Virus record (IMG/VR): IMGVR_UViG_3300032893_000001
Span: 88,183 to 120,182 of that record
Reading direction: 5' to 3' (one strand)
Length of the DNA stretch: 32,000 nucleotides
From: a virus
Below are positions 1-9,031 of this stretch, one piece after another. Both the position numbers and the translations under genes were made by a program. The notes beneath the pieces were generated by a model. That model was given only the letters and a program-made list of their open reading frames with translations. It had not been told where the DNA came from and searched no databases. Each line of letters starts with the position of its first letter. The stretch's first letter is position 1.

Positions 1-778
1 CGGCTCCCGTACCGCCCTGCAAGCTTACCGGGTAAGTCTGCAAAAGAGGGCTCGACTCGACCCAAACGATGGAACCGTTGTTCGCGTCGGTCACGGCGCT
101 CGCGTTGTCGATCTCGACGGAGGATGCGCTGATGACGCGTGTGATTCTGAACGTGCCGTTGTTTGCGCCTGTGTTCGCTCCGATGATCGTCAGATGGTCG
201 CCTACGCTTCCACGATTCAGTGGAGAAGCGGTCGGAGACACCATCCCAGAAAGCCCTGAGACGATCGCTCGACCAGGCGTCGCACCGCCCGTACCCGACG
301 TCGTGACGGAAGCGCCAGCACCTCCCTGAACTTCCTTCCACGTGCACGCGGAGGACGACGTCTCTGCGACCGCTCCGGGGTTGAACACCGTGACGGTCGT
401 ACCGGTCTGCGCCGTGATTCGAAACGCGCCGTTGTTCGCGGCGTTCGCGGCCCCGGTGACCACCAAGAAGCGCCCAACGGAGTTTGCCGTGAATCCGCTG
501 ACGCTAGTGATCGTGGACAGTCCTGCGCTGGCGGCGCCGATGACGGGGGCTGTTCCGGTCTGCGCCCCGACCTGCGCGTAGTTGGTTGCTCCTCCGACCG
601 CCCACTTGTCGTTCGCCGGATTGGCCGACGTGTCCTTGTTGGTCGAGGTGCCCGTCGCATCCGCGCTCGCCTTGTACCGCCACCCCGCCGCAAGAAGAGC
701 GCGTGTGAGCTTCCAAATGGGTTGGAAGAACTCCGTGACGTTGTTGACTCCGTAGTTGGCGACGACGACGTGCGACAT
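1..778 (-). CDS. tail-fibre-like protein, partial (3' end runs off window start)
   Basis: Absent from the ORF track because it is open at the window edge. Manual minus-strand translation from ATG at 778 (7 nt after the stop of 785..2566) gives MSHVVVANYGVNNVTEFFQPIWKL..., with no stop down to position 1. The product is G/T/S/A/N-rich with GC-rich third positions. It contains an internal duplicated motif, G-x-ANxxNNG-x-FRIT. Confidence 0.7.
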   Translation of the reverse strand, partial: MSHVVVANYGVNNVTEFFQPIWKLTRALLAAGWRYKASADATGTSTNKDTSANPANDKWAVGGATNYAQVGAQTGTAPVIGAASAGLSTITSVSGFTANSVGRFLVVTGAANAANNGAFRITAQTGTTVTVFNPGAVAETSSSACTWKEVQGGAGASVTTSGTGGATPGRAIVSGLSGMVSPTASPLNRGSVGDHLTIIGANTGANNGTFRITRVISASSVEIDNASAVTDANNGSIVWVESSPLLQTYPVSLQGGTGA

Positions 779-784
779 GACTTC

Positions 785-2566
785 CTAGGCGTAGGAAAGA
801 ACGATGCGAGCGTGCGTACAAGTAGCACGATCGAGAGAGCCACCACCAGAAAGGGAAAGCTGGACTTCGTACAGCTTGCCGGTCTTCAAGTTGCCAGAGC
901 TGCTGCCCACCGTGAGCGTCCCAGTGAACTCGGTGCTTTGCAGGTTGCTCGTCGAGAAGCTCGAGCTCGTGACCGTCTCGTTGTCCGTGATGTTCTTCAA
1001 AAGAACGTTCGCAGTACCTGCTGTCGTCTCGATGTCGACGACGAACTTGGCTACGAGAGATCTTCCGTCCGCCAGCGTGGTGGGGAACGCAGAGAGATCG
1101 ATGTAGCGGCTACCGACACGCGTCGCGGTAGCGAAGCTGATGTTCGCTACGTACGCCAGGAGCGTGAGCTCGACGGGGAGCGGCAGGCTGCTTTCTTTGA
1201 CCGCGTTACCGCTCCCATCGACACCGAGGACACCACTGGTGAGCCCAGTGACTTGAAGCGATGCACCCTTGAGAGTGCCGCTTGCGGTGAGGTTCGTTCC
1301 GGAGATTGCTCCGGTCGCGATGATCGCCACCGTGTAGAAGTTGTTGACCTGGAAATCGAGGAACGCGCCGAGCGTCGTCTCGTCCGCAGCCGTGTTGAAC
1401 GCGGCCTTCCATCGCGAGGAGCCCTCGTCCCAAAACAGACCGGCGGAGTCGCGAGGCGTGACACCGTCCGCACTTCCACGATCGATGTCGATACCCGCGA
1501 TGTGCGTGGGAACGGGAATGATCGCAAGTGGCGCCCAATTGAGGTGGATGACGCGATCGGAGATATCGACGACTGTCGACTCGATCTCGGTGACCGTTCC
1601 GTTGATGACGAGGTTGCCGTTGATCGTCGTCGTGACACCGGAGCGTCCGATCGTCACACTCGTCGCACTCGTTGTACCGACACCAAGCGACGTCGCGCTA
1701 TCGATCCCGCCGGCAGTGAGCGTGTACGAGCCAATACTCGTTGAAGGTGCCCACGCAGCTCCGTTCCATCCGAGGAATTGACCCGTCGCCGGCGCTGAGC
1801 TCGAAACAGGACGCGTCTGCAACGTGGTGATATCGACGGGCTTCCACGTCGCGCCATCCCACCCAATGAGTTGCCCCGTCGCCGGTGCTGAAGAAGAAAG
1901 GGGGCGCCCCTGAAGACCAACGACAGTCTGGCTCGACGAACTGCCAGAGAGATCTCCACCCGCCGTGAAAGAAACGACTGTCGCCGGCGCCCAGTGCGAA
2001 CCATCCCACCCGAGGAACTGCCCTGCGGAGGGGGCCGTCGAAAGCACCGGACGACTCTGAATACCCACGACGACGGAAGCGCTCATCGCGCCATTCACGT
2101 CGCCCAGCAATGTGGGATTGAAGCTCGACATGAAGTTGAGCAGGTCTGGGATGATGTACTCCCACGCCTCCGCCCAACTTCGCACCTGCCCACCGAAGTT
2201 GTTCTCCGGAGCCTGCTCACCGAGAGCAGGAAGACGCCAACCTCGATTCAACTGCGTGCCGCTGTGGTCGTAGCGGACGGCGCAGATGAGGATCATCGTG
2301 TTGCCCGGACCGCCGCCATCGACGATGAGCATCACGCGGTAGCTGCCCGCTACGTCGGGCGTGAAGTTCGCGATCTGCGAGCTCCCGTTGAGAATCGTCG
2401 CCGTTGACCCAGGCGGCGCATCGATCAAGAGCCACTGGTAGCTGAAGTGCACCGTGGTGCAGCGGAGGTCGATTTGCCATCCAAGCCACAAGTCATTACG
2501 AGCCTCCCCCGGTGTTCCCGCAGAGGGACCGGGTCGGGCCTGATCGATGGCGAAGATGGCGGACAT
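785..2566 (-). CDS. tail fibre protein with tandem repeats
   Basis: Track ORF of 593 aa, G/S/T-rich. It has three tandem ~27-aa repeats (QxRPxSS/TAPxxGQxLGWxGxxWxP) and lies directly downstream of the baseplate-J-like gene. Confidence 0.75.
   Translation of the reverse strand: MSAIFAIDQARPGPSAGTPGEARNDLWLGWQIDLRCTTVHFSYQWLLIDAPPGSTATILNGSSQIANFTPDVAGSYRVMLIVDGGGPGNTMILICAVRYDHSGTQLNRGWRLPALGEQAPENNFGGQVRSWAEAWEYIIPDLLNFMSSFNPTLLGDVNGAMSASVVVGIQSRPVLSTAPSAGQFLGWDGSHWAPATVVSFTAGGDLSGSSSSQTVVGLQGRPLSSSAPATGQLIGWDGATWKPVDITTLQTRPVSSSAPATGQFLGWNGAAWAPSTSIGSYTLTAGGIDSATSLGVGTTSATSVTIGRSGVTTTINGNLVINGTVTEIESTVVDISDRVIHLNWAPLAIIPVPTHIAGIDIDRGSADGVTPRDSAGLFWDEGSSRWKAAFNTAADETTLGAFLDFQVNNFYTVAIIATGAISGTNLTASGTLKGASLQVTGLTSGVLGVDGSGNAVKESSLPLPVELTLLAYVANISFATATRVGSRYIDLSAFPTTLADGRSLVAKFVVDIETTAGTANVLLKNITDNETVTSSSFSTSNLQSTEFTGTLTVGSSSGNLKTGKLYEVQLSLSGGGSLDRATCTHARIVLSYA
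1742..2065 (-). repeat. three tandem ~80-nt coding repeats inside the tail fibre gene
   Basis: aa 168-275 of the 593-aa ORF read IQSRPVLSTAPSAGQFLGWDGSHWAP / LQGRPLSSSAPATGQLIGWDGATWKP / LQTRPVSSSAPATGQFLGWNGAAWAP. Confidence 0.8.
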
Positions 2567-2602
2567 CTTGTTCTCCTACCGAAGCTGCCGTACGTTCACG
2601 TC

Positions 2603-2911
2603 ATGTCCTTCAAAGAGATGGACCCCGAGCTCGCTCTGAAGCTGATCGAAGGATACCAGAACGAGCTTGCACCCGAGCAGAACGTCCAGGAAGCGTTCTA
2701 CCGACAGCACGTCTGCCCGAGGTGCGGCGGCAACGTCGAGAAGCACTTCATCAGCGTTCGACACGCGTTCGGCGGCGACGGACTGCTTCCGCGATCGGGC
2801 CTGAAGTGTCTTCGCTGCAACTGCCTCTTCGATCCGCATACGAACCTCATCGTGGACGTGGGGATCGACGCTACGCGAGCGAACGAGTCAGGTTCACAAG
2901 ATCGGGAATGA
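2603..2911 (+). CDS. small zinc-ribbon protein (opposite strand to the structural genes)
   Basis: Internal ATG of track ORF 2447..2911. The product MSFKEMDPELALKLIEGYQ... carries CPRC and CLRC pairs. Third positions are GC-rich. It fills the ~300-nt gap between two minus-strand genes, and its last 41 nt overlap the 3' end of 2871..6896. No obvious SD. Confidence 0.5.
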   Translation: MSFKEMDPELALKLIEGYQNELAPEQNVQEAFYRQHVCPRCGGNVEKHFISVRHAFGGDGLLPRSGLKCLRCNCLFDPHTNLIVDVGIDATRANESGSQDRE

Positions 2912-5900
2912 AGGCGGCGAGACGCCCGACGTTGATGCGGTCCTGCGACTTCTCGAGCGTAACGGTGCGGTCCGTGTTGTAGATGATCCCGTACAACGTC
3001 AACGGGTTGGTGATGCTCGTCGCATTGCGATCGCTCAAGATCTTCTCGATCGCAGAGACTTGAAGCTGCTGGTCGGGGAAGAGCGCGTTGATGAGCGTCT
3101 CGATGTCCGGCTGAACTTCGGTCTCTTTCGGTCCGCCGGCATAGACGAGGTCCAGGCGGATGTAGTGCGGGATGAGGTGACGCGCGAGCGGGCTCTCGTT
3201 CACGACGCGCTCGAGATCGGACGAGAGGAAGTTCTGCATGTCCCCGACGAGTGTCGAGTACTCGTAGTTGACCTGGATGTTCTGACCGAGAAGCTGCGTT
3301 GCGACCGAGGGGTCGTCGTCTGTTCCCGCCTCGTTGATGGTTCGCGAGAGATGAAGCCTCGGCCTCTCGACGGCAGAGAAGGTCAGGTTCTCGTCATCCG
3401 TCGTCAAGTAGTACCCGTCGGAGAGGTAGCCCGCGAGCTCCATCGAGGAGTCGGCAGGAATGTTGTAGACGTCGCCCGTGCCCTCACTCACGAGCTCGAC
3501 GTCCGCGTAGTAGAACCCCGACGGACCCTTGTTGTTCGACATCTGGGTGGTGCCGACGCGCTGCGCACCAGGGCGCACGACCGTGAATTGCTCGTTGCTC
3601 TCGGTGATCAAGTCGTTCGGCGTAGGAGGCGTGAAGCCGAGCGAAGTCGTCGTGACCGTCGTGATCGTGTAACGCCCTGCGTGACTCGCCTGGTTGCCCG
3701 TGTCCTGCACGGTCGAGAAGCCGAGCAGTGCGTTCGCGGTGCCCGACTTGCGCACGATCAAAGAGACCGTGGGGTTGAGCACCAGATGGTTGCCTCCATC
3801 GATGCTGGCGATGTTCGCGCCTACGGCGCTGTTGATTTCGTCTGCGACGCCTTGGCGAGTGACGTTGGTAGCCGGAATCGAGGTGTTGTCCCGGACGAAG
3901 GTGATCGTCAGATCAGGTCCGTCGTCGAGCGAGATGATGAGCGTCGTGAACGCGAGGTTCACTACGGGGTCAGCCAACGCAACGGAGCCAGCGACCGGCA
4001 CGAAGTCGATGCGCAGCACGTCCCCCGGCTTGATCTCTTTGGCGATGAAGTCGCTCGAGGTCGACGTGATCGAGGTAGCTCCCGGACCCGTCGAACCGTC
4101 CTTCGGCTTCGTTCCTCCAGGCAACGGCGGTATGAGCTGCGCCTCGTTCGTCGGGTCGGGGAAGAAGTGCAGCGTCGCTCCGTTCGGAAGCACAGTGGAG
4201 AAGATCGTGCTCTGGTTGAACTCGATGGTGGTCGGCTCGAGGAAGTACACACGCGCCGAGCCGAAGGAGCGACTACCGACCTGGAAGCGGATGCGCGCTT
4301 GCGGATAGAGCCCAAGGCCATGCACGCTGATGAACGTGGGCGCAGTGAGGCCCGCGGGCGGCGAAACAGTGACGCCTGGGTACGGGTAGACGTAGTCGAT
4401 GTCGTAAAAGCCGATCTGCGTTCCATCTACGACCTGAAGAACATCGAAGGTCAAGTCGAGCGGCGGAACGACCTCGGTCGTGAAGTAGTTCGCGAACGCG
4501 TCGAACGTCGGCGAACGCAGCATGCTGTCGGTGAGGTAAAGCATCCCGCCGAAGAGTGCAGGAAGCGCACTCGACGCCGGATTGGTGTCTCCGACGAGGG
4601 ACACCTGCGTGGGGATGAGAGGGAAGATGCCGAGACGATCGGTGCCGACTTGCGTCGCGATCGTCGTGCCGACGACAGCGTTGATCTGGTTGATGATGCT
4701 GGTGAGGGAGATCGGGTTCGCTCCGACGAACGTCACCGTGTACGTCGTGACCCCGACCTTGATCTGAAGCGTCTTGCCGTTGACATTCGCGCCCGGCGGA
4801 CTGCCCGAGAGCTCGATGCCGACGATACCGAGCAGCGCGTCGTCGAGGCTGATCTTGATGCCGTGCGCAGGGTTGGCGAACGAGCTCGAGTACGCCCCGA
4901 TCGGTTTGGCGTAGGGGATCGTGGAGCCCACCGGCTGCTTGTTCGAATCGAGGAGGTCGATCGAGGTAACACGCACGAAGGGCTTCGTGATGCCGCCAGA
5001 GCTCGACGGCTTGAAGAGCGTGTACTTCAAGTTCGCGCTGGTCTGCGTCACTGCTCGATCGAGCACGAGCTTCGTGTACGACGGGAAAGGAGTCACGGAG
5101 AGGACCGTGTAGTCCCCTGCGTCCGGACCGCTCAGAATGCGAAGAGTGTCGTTCTGCGCGACACCGTAGTTCGCGAAGTCCGTTCCTGAGCTAGTGTCGA
5201 CCGTGTTCGACCCCTGGAGTGTGTTGAGGTCGCTGCCGGAGATCTTCGTCTCTTTCGGCTCGCTCAGGTCGATATCGATGACGTCGATCACGCGCCAGCG
5301 CACCGGTGAGAACACCGGCACGGAGCCGACGATGGTCAAGATCGGTGAGAGACCTGGCACCTGCGCTACCGACTGGATGCGATAGATGCCCGCCGCGGGA
5401 CCAGTCACGATCTGAAGCGCCACGTTCGACGTCGGCAGATTCGCAAAGAGCTGGTACGTCGCGTCGCCAGACGAGTAGTTCGCGCCGACTGCGGGCGCCA
5501 TGATGTAGTCGTTGAGTTGGATCGTCGAGCCACCAGCGCTCTGCGAGGAGACGCCCGAGAGCAACGGCTCATCGTCGGTGACGTTCGAGATGCCGAGCGA
5601 AGAGGTGTCGAGAACCGTGCCGCGAACGTAGACGTCCGTCGCACCACCGATGTGAATCTGATCGTCCGGCACTGCGACCGTGCCGTTCGGACCATCGGGG
5701 AAAAGAATGCCTCCAGGGATACTGGAGAGACTGAGCTCGTTCTTGCGAAGCTCCCAGGTGATACCCGTCTGCGCGATGGGAATGATCTGCTCCTCAAGCG
5801 CCAGCGTCGTCGAGTTGATGACCGTCTTGACGACGACGTCCTTGGCCGGCGGGAACCCCAGCCACGTGCCGTGGAGCACGACGCGCCACTGCGAGTAGTT

Positions 5901-6896
5901 GAGCCCCGGAGGCCCGATCATCGCGACGAAGTCGAAGGGACCGTCGATACCGCCGTTGAACGTAAAGAAGCTCGTGGTGAGCTGGTTGTTCCCATCCGGC
6001 GCAGCCTCGCCGGCGGTGCCTGCGGCCTGGATGCTTCCCAAGCCTCCGCCAGTGATGATGTCGCGGTTCATCTCGGGGTCGTTGAACCCAACGACGTTGA
6101 TGCGCGTCATCTCCGGGAAGGTGTCGGACGTACGCGCGACGATGCCTCGTCGCGTGACGAGAGATCGCTCGTTGACGCCCTGCTGCACGCGGCCGATGTA
6201 CGCGGCTGCGTTCTCCGCCGCGACTCCTCCACGGAAGCGCCGCTTGTTGGTGACCTTGACCGCCGCGTTCAGATTCGCGATGGAGACGATCTCATCCGGA
6301 TCGATGTTGTACTGGTCGCCAGCCTGTTCGGCGGTGACATTGATGTCGAAGTAGTACAGCGTGCCTTCCACGTTGAAGAGCATCTCTTCGACGCGGATCG
6401 ATTGAACGGAGTCCGGGAAGTACACCAGGCCGCTGCGACTGGTAACGAAGTTCGCCGGCGTGATGTTCGCGCTCTGCGGCGCGGCGTAGTAGACACGGAC
6501 GGCGCCCTTCGCCGTATCGCCCGTGCTGCGCGTCGCGAAGAAGTTGGCGCCGAGCGCCTCTGCTTCGTCGATCGTCAGGATCGTCGGGTCGCGAAACGAC
6601 AAGTTCTGTCGCACGCGTTGGTTCTCGCGCACGATCGGATCGATGAGGAGCTCGGCCGGCTTGATGAGCAGGTCGGTAATCGCGTCGCCGTCGGTCGTGG
6701 CGAAGTCCGGGAACTCTTGATTCAACCGGTCGAGGATGAAGGCGCGAACGTCGACAGCGAAGGGGTCGGGACCGAGGCGGCGCAGCAGGGGCTGGATGAG
6801 GTCCGTATCGACTTTCGAACCAGGGCTCGTGTCGATCGTCGCATCGTAGACGTTGATGCGCTCTTGGAGGAAGGACTGAAGGTCGATGACCGTCAT
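2871..6896 (-). CDS. giant baseplate wedge protein, Baseplate_J-like termini
   Basis: Track ORF of 1341 aa. The N-terminal ~280 aa (..FATRSTGDTAKGAVRVYY..) and the C-terminal ~150 aa look like baseplate J/gp6-type proteins by eye. It sits immediately after a gp25-like gene and before the fibre genes. Confidence 0.6.
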   Translation of the reverse strand: MTVIDLQSFLQERINVYDATIDTSPGSKVDTDLIQPLLRRLGPDPFAVDVRAFILDRLNQEFPDFATTDGDAITDLLIKPAELLIDPIVRENQRVRQNLSFRDPTILTIDEAEALGANFFATRSTGDTAKGAVRVYYAAPQSANITPANFVTSRSGLVYFPDSVQSIRVEEMLFNVEGTLYYFDINVTAEQAGDQYNIDPDEIVSIANLNAAVKVTNKRRFRGGVAAENAAAYIGRVQQGVNERSLVTRRGIVARTSDTFPEMTRINVVGFNDPEMNRDIITGGGLGSIQAAGTAGEAAPDGNNQLTTSFFTFNGGIDGPFDFVAMIGPPGLNYSQWRVVLHGTWLGFPPAKDVVVKTVINSTTLALEEQIIPIAQTGITWELRKNELSLSSIPGGILFPDGPNGTVAVPDDQIHIGGATDVYVRGTVLDTSSLGISNVTDDEPLLSGVSSQSAGGSTIQLNDYIMAPAVGANYSSGDATYQLFANLPTSNVALQIVTGPAAGIYRIQSVAQVPGLSPILTIVGSVPVFSPVRWRVIDVIDIDLSEPKETKISGSDLNTLQGSNTVDTSSGTDFANYGVAQNDTLRILSGPDAGDYTVLSVTPFPSYTKLVLDRAVTQTSANLKYTLFKPSSSGGITKPFVRVTSIDLLDSNKQPVGSTIPYAKPIGAYSSSFANPAHGIKISLDDALLGIVGIELSGSPPGANVNGKTLQIKVGVTTYTVTFVGANPISLTSIINQINAVVGTTIATQVGTDRLGIFPLIPTQVSLVGDTNPASSALPALFGGMLYLTDSMLRSPTFDAFANYFTTEVVPPLDLTFDVLQVVDGTQIGFYDIDYVYPYPGVTVSPPAGLTAPTFISVHGLGLYPQARIRFQVGSRSFGSARVYFLEPTTIEFNQSTIFSTVLPNGATLHFFPDPTNEAQLIPPLPGGTKPKDGSTGPGATSITSTSSDFIAKEIKPGDVLRIDFVPVAGSVALADPVVNLAFTTLIISLDDGPDLTITFVRDNTSIPATNVTRQGVADEINSAVGANIASIDGGNHLVLNPTVSLIVRKSGTANALLGFSTVQDTGNQASHAGRYTITTVTTTSLGFTPPTPNDLITESNEQFTVVRPGAQRVGTTQMSNNKGPSGFYYADVELVSEGTGDVYNIPADSSMELAGYLSDGYYLTTDDENLTFSAVERPRLHLSRTINEAGTDDDPSVATQLLGQNIQVNYEYSTLVGDMQNFLSSDLERVVNESPLARHLIPHYIRLDLVYAGGPKETEVQPDIETLINALFPDQQLQVSAIEKILSDRNATSITNPLTLYGIIYNTDRTVTLEKSQDRINVGRLAAFIPDLVNLTRSLA

Positions 6897-6920
6897 CGCG
6901 AAACACCTCGGGGCTAAAAA

Positions 6921-7577
6921 TCAGAGCATGAGCGACGCGAGGGCTCGCTGACCCGTCTGGCTGAGCAACTCGACTCCCACGATCAACGCGAGCTCGTTCT
7001 GGTTGAAGCTGGCGTTTTGCACCGTAGCCGAGAGCAGCCGCTCTTCACGAGGAATCGACGGATTGCGACTCTGAAGAGCGATGAGCTGCTTGGCAGTCGT
7101 GTTCACCGCGATGACGAAGTCGGCGACGGCTCCGGACCCGTTGTTGATGGAGTAGTTCGATCCAAGCGGACCGAAGCCGTTGCCGCCGATTCGCGGAGAG
7201 AAGATGTCCCGACCCGGCGTCGTGAAGAGCACCTTCAGAAACGTCTGCATCAAACGTAGGATGCCGTTGACCTTCGTGGTGCGAACTCCGAGCTTGAAAC
7301 GCACCAAGCTCCTCGAGGTCAGCGTCACCTGATTCGAGATGACGCTGACGGAGGTGATGGTGTCCTGGAGAAGGGACTGGGGCACCTGCGCCAGCAGTCG
7401 GTACTGGTTGAGGACGACGAAGCTCGGAGAGCGCACGCCGTTGATTTGGACCTCGTCCACCGATCGAAAGTCCTGTCCGATGACGTCGAGCGTTCGCGGC
7501 GCGAGACCGGGAACTACGCGCACGCTGTTCAGCGCGACGACGTCGGAGGGAAAGGTCACTTGGAAGTCGATGGCCAT
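6921..7577 (-). CDS. baseplate protein, GPW/gp25-like with N-terminal Ig/IPT-like domain
   Basis: Track ORF 6921..8453 trimmed to the internal ATG at 7577 (MAIDFQVTFPS...). The upstream part is Arg-rich nonsense that overlaps other genes. The motif ..LRLMQTFLKVLFTTPGRDIFSPRIGGNGFG.. resembles the gp25/GPW signature. Confidence 0.6.
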   Translation of the reverse strand: MAIDFQVTFPSDVVALNSVRVVPGLAPRTLDVIGQDFRSVDEVQINGVRSPSFVVLNQYRLLAQVPQSLLQDTITSVSVISNQVTLTSRSLVRFKLGVRTTKVNGILRLMQTFLKVLFTTPGRDIFSPRIGGNGFGPLGSNYSINNGSGAVADFVIAVNTTAKQLIALQSRNPSIPREERLLSATVQNASFNQNELALIVGVELLSQTGQRALASLML

Positions 7578-7659
7578 CGCGATCCCTGAGTAGTGCAGGG
7601 CCGCGGTGCGACTACCGGGGGGAAGTGCTGCAACCGAGACCCTGCAAGCGCAGTCTACC

Positions 7660-7694
7660 CCAAAAAAGACAAGGCCCGAACTTGTGTTCGGGCC
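7660..7694 (-). terminator. rho-independent terminator
   Basis: On the minus strand, GGCCCGAAC-acaa-GTTCGGGCC is followed by TTGTCTTTTTTGG. It lies 6 nt after the stop of 7700..8131. Confidence 0.8.
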
Positions 7695-7699
7695 GTGCC

Positions 7700-8131
7700 C
7701 TAGACCTCCTTCACCACGTCCTGTTTTGGCCCTTCCTTGCGCCTCCGGATGATGGCGCTGATCATCCGATTCGTGTACTCGACACCTTCGGTAGCCGCAC
7801 GCTCGAGCGTGAGCTGCCCGAGCGCCGACTCCTGCGCAGTGATCTCCAAAAGCTTGCGGTAGACATCTGCGAGAGGCGCATCGCGTGGAATGACCCAGTC
7901 CGCGAGCACCTTCCCGACAAGGTGCACGAGCACCAACGACTTGATGGTGCGTGCGCGAGGGTCGGTGAAGCGTCGATGCAGAATGGCATCGATCGCTGTC
8001 TCGATCTCCTGCGCGATCTTCTTGAAGGGGTCCGTTTGCGTGAATGCAAGCAACTTCGTGGTTTCGTTCTTCCAATCCGCGCTGAACCGAACCTCGTACT
8101 GCTCGACACTTTCTTCTTTTTGGTCGTTCAT
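7700..8131 (-). CDS. hypothetical protein
   Basis: Track ORF of 143 aa (MNDQKEESVEQYEVRF...) with protein-like composition, followed by a terminator. Confidence 0.75.
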   Translation of the reverse strand: MNDQKEESVEQYEVRFSADWKNETTKLLAFTQTDPFKKIAQEIETAIDAILHRRFTDPRARTIKSLVLVHLVGKVLADWVIPRDAPLADVYRKLLEITAQESALGQLTLERAATEGVEYTNRMISAIIRRRKEGPKQDVVKEV

Positions 8132-8147
8132 CAGCTACACTCCGCGC

Positions 8148-8753
8148 ATGAAACGATTCATCGCTCTGCTCTCTCTCCTCCTGGTGGCTTGCCCTCATCC
8201 TAGCGCGCCGAACGGCAACGCGGACGCAGGACAGATCGAAGCTGGATCGGACGACTGCAACCTCGACTCGGGAATGGTCTACATCGACGCTGCACCCACC
8301 GCGGTGACGCAGCGCATCGAAGTCCACTTCTCGCCGAAAGGCGGTTGCCAAGACGCGATGGTCTCGCACATCCAGAACAGCAAGAAGACCATCCGAATGC
8401 AGGCGTACACGCTCTCTGCCAAGCCCATCATCGACGCGCTGGTGGCCGCCCACGCTCGAGGGGTGGATGTTCAGGTCATCATCGACTCGTCTGAGTCGAA
8501 GCTATCGATCAGCCCAGTCACCGCGCTACGCGCCGGCGGCGTTCCGACCTTCATCGACGCGAAGCATCTGCTCGCCCACAACAAGGTGACAATCTTCGAC
8601 AGCACCGTCGTCGAGACAGGTTCGTACAACTACACGAACGCGGCCGAGAACGATGACGCGGACAACTGCCTCTTCCTCGAGGACACGCTCACCGCGAACG
8701 CGTACACCGAAAACTGGACGACGCATCAAGGTCACTCGACAGCCGCGCCCTAA
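8148..8753 (+). CDS. phospholipase D-family nuclease (Nuc-like), predicted lipoprotein
   Basis: Internal ATG of track ORF 7890..8753. The N-terminus MKRFIALLSLLLVAC is a signal peptide with a lipobox. A single HKD motif (AHNKVTIFD) is followed by GSYNYTNAAENDDADN, and the size (~200 aa) is typical of Nuc-type endonucleases. Confidence 0.8.
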   Translation: MKRFIALLSLLLVACPHPSAPNGNADAGQIEAGSDDCNLDSGMVYIDAAPTAVTQRIEVHFSPKGGCQDAMVSHIQNSKKTIRMQAYTLSAKPIIDALVAAHARGVDVQVIIDSSESKLSISPVTALRAGGVPTFIDAKHLLAHNKVTIFDSTVVETGSYNYTNAAENDDADNCLFLEDTLTANAYTENWTTHQGHSTAAP

Positions 8754-8777
8754 GCCCGCTACTTCTGGGGGTGCAAC

Positions 8778-9023
8778 ATGAGCGAAATCGACAAGTTGCG
8801 GGCACTCTGCAACGGTGCGCGCGCCATCTCCCCAGGTCTGGAAGTGAAGATCGTGGCGAGCGATCGCGAGCCCGAGCGATGGTGCGTCACCATCGGAGCG
8901 AGCTCTGTCGTCCTCGTCTGGACCGAGTACGCGCCCCTCGAGGATGCACTCGACCAAGCCCTGCGGAAGTTGGCGAGCATCAGTCACCGAACGCTTGCCG
9001 CCGTCACACCGCCCGACGAGTGA
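8778..9023 (+). CDS. hypothetical protein
   Basis: Track ORF of 81 aa, same strand as and 24 nt downstream of the PLD gene, with protein-like composition. Confidence 0.6.
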   Translation: MSEIDKLRALCNGARAISPGLEVKIVASDREPERWCVTIGASSVVLVWTEYAPLEDALDQALRKLASISHRTLAAVTPPDE

Positions 9024-9031
9024 GTAAGGCG

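Noticed and set aside
1-2911. An invertible fibre segment (Mu G / P1 C type) or a diversity-generating retroelement acting on the fibre genes.
   Set aside because: There is no invertase or reverse transcriptase gene in the window. I could find no flanking inverted repeats or template/variable repeat pair by eye.
3060-5189. Very long plus-strand ORFs (3060..5189, 5517..6917, 722..1744, 9761..11140, 20093..21418, 22466..23479, 23902..25341).
   Set aside because: All are antisense to well-supported minus-strand genes. They are extremely Arg/Asp/Glu/Val-rich and lack SD sequences. This is the usual shadow-ORF artefact of GC-rich DNA.
7578-8453. Long N-terminal extensions of track ORFs (6921..8453, 11855..12997, 12706..13530, 13562..14134, 15152..16279, 21367..21828, 25065..25865, 26313..26951, 27936..28418, 29030..29668, 30840..31160).
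   Set aside because: The extended parts are Arg/Ser/His-rich nonsense that overlaps the real upstream genes. In each case an internal ATG or GTG with an SD, or a 1-4-nt overlap with the upstream stop, marks where protein-like sequence begins.
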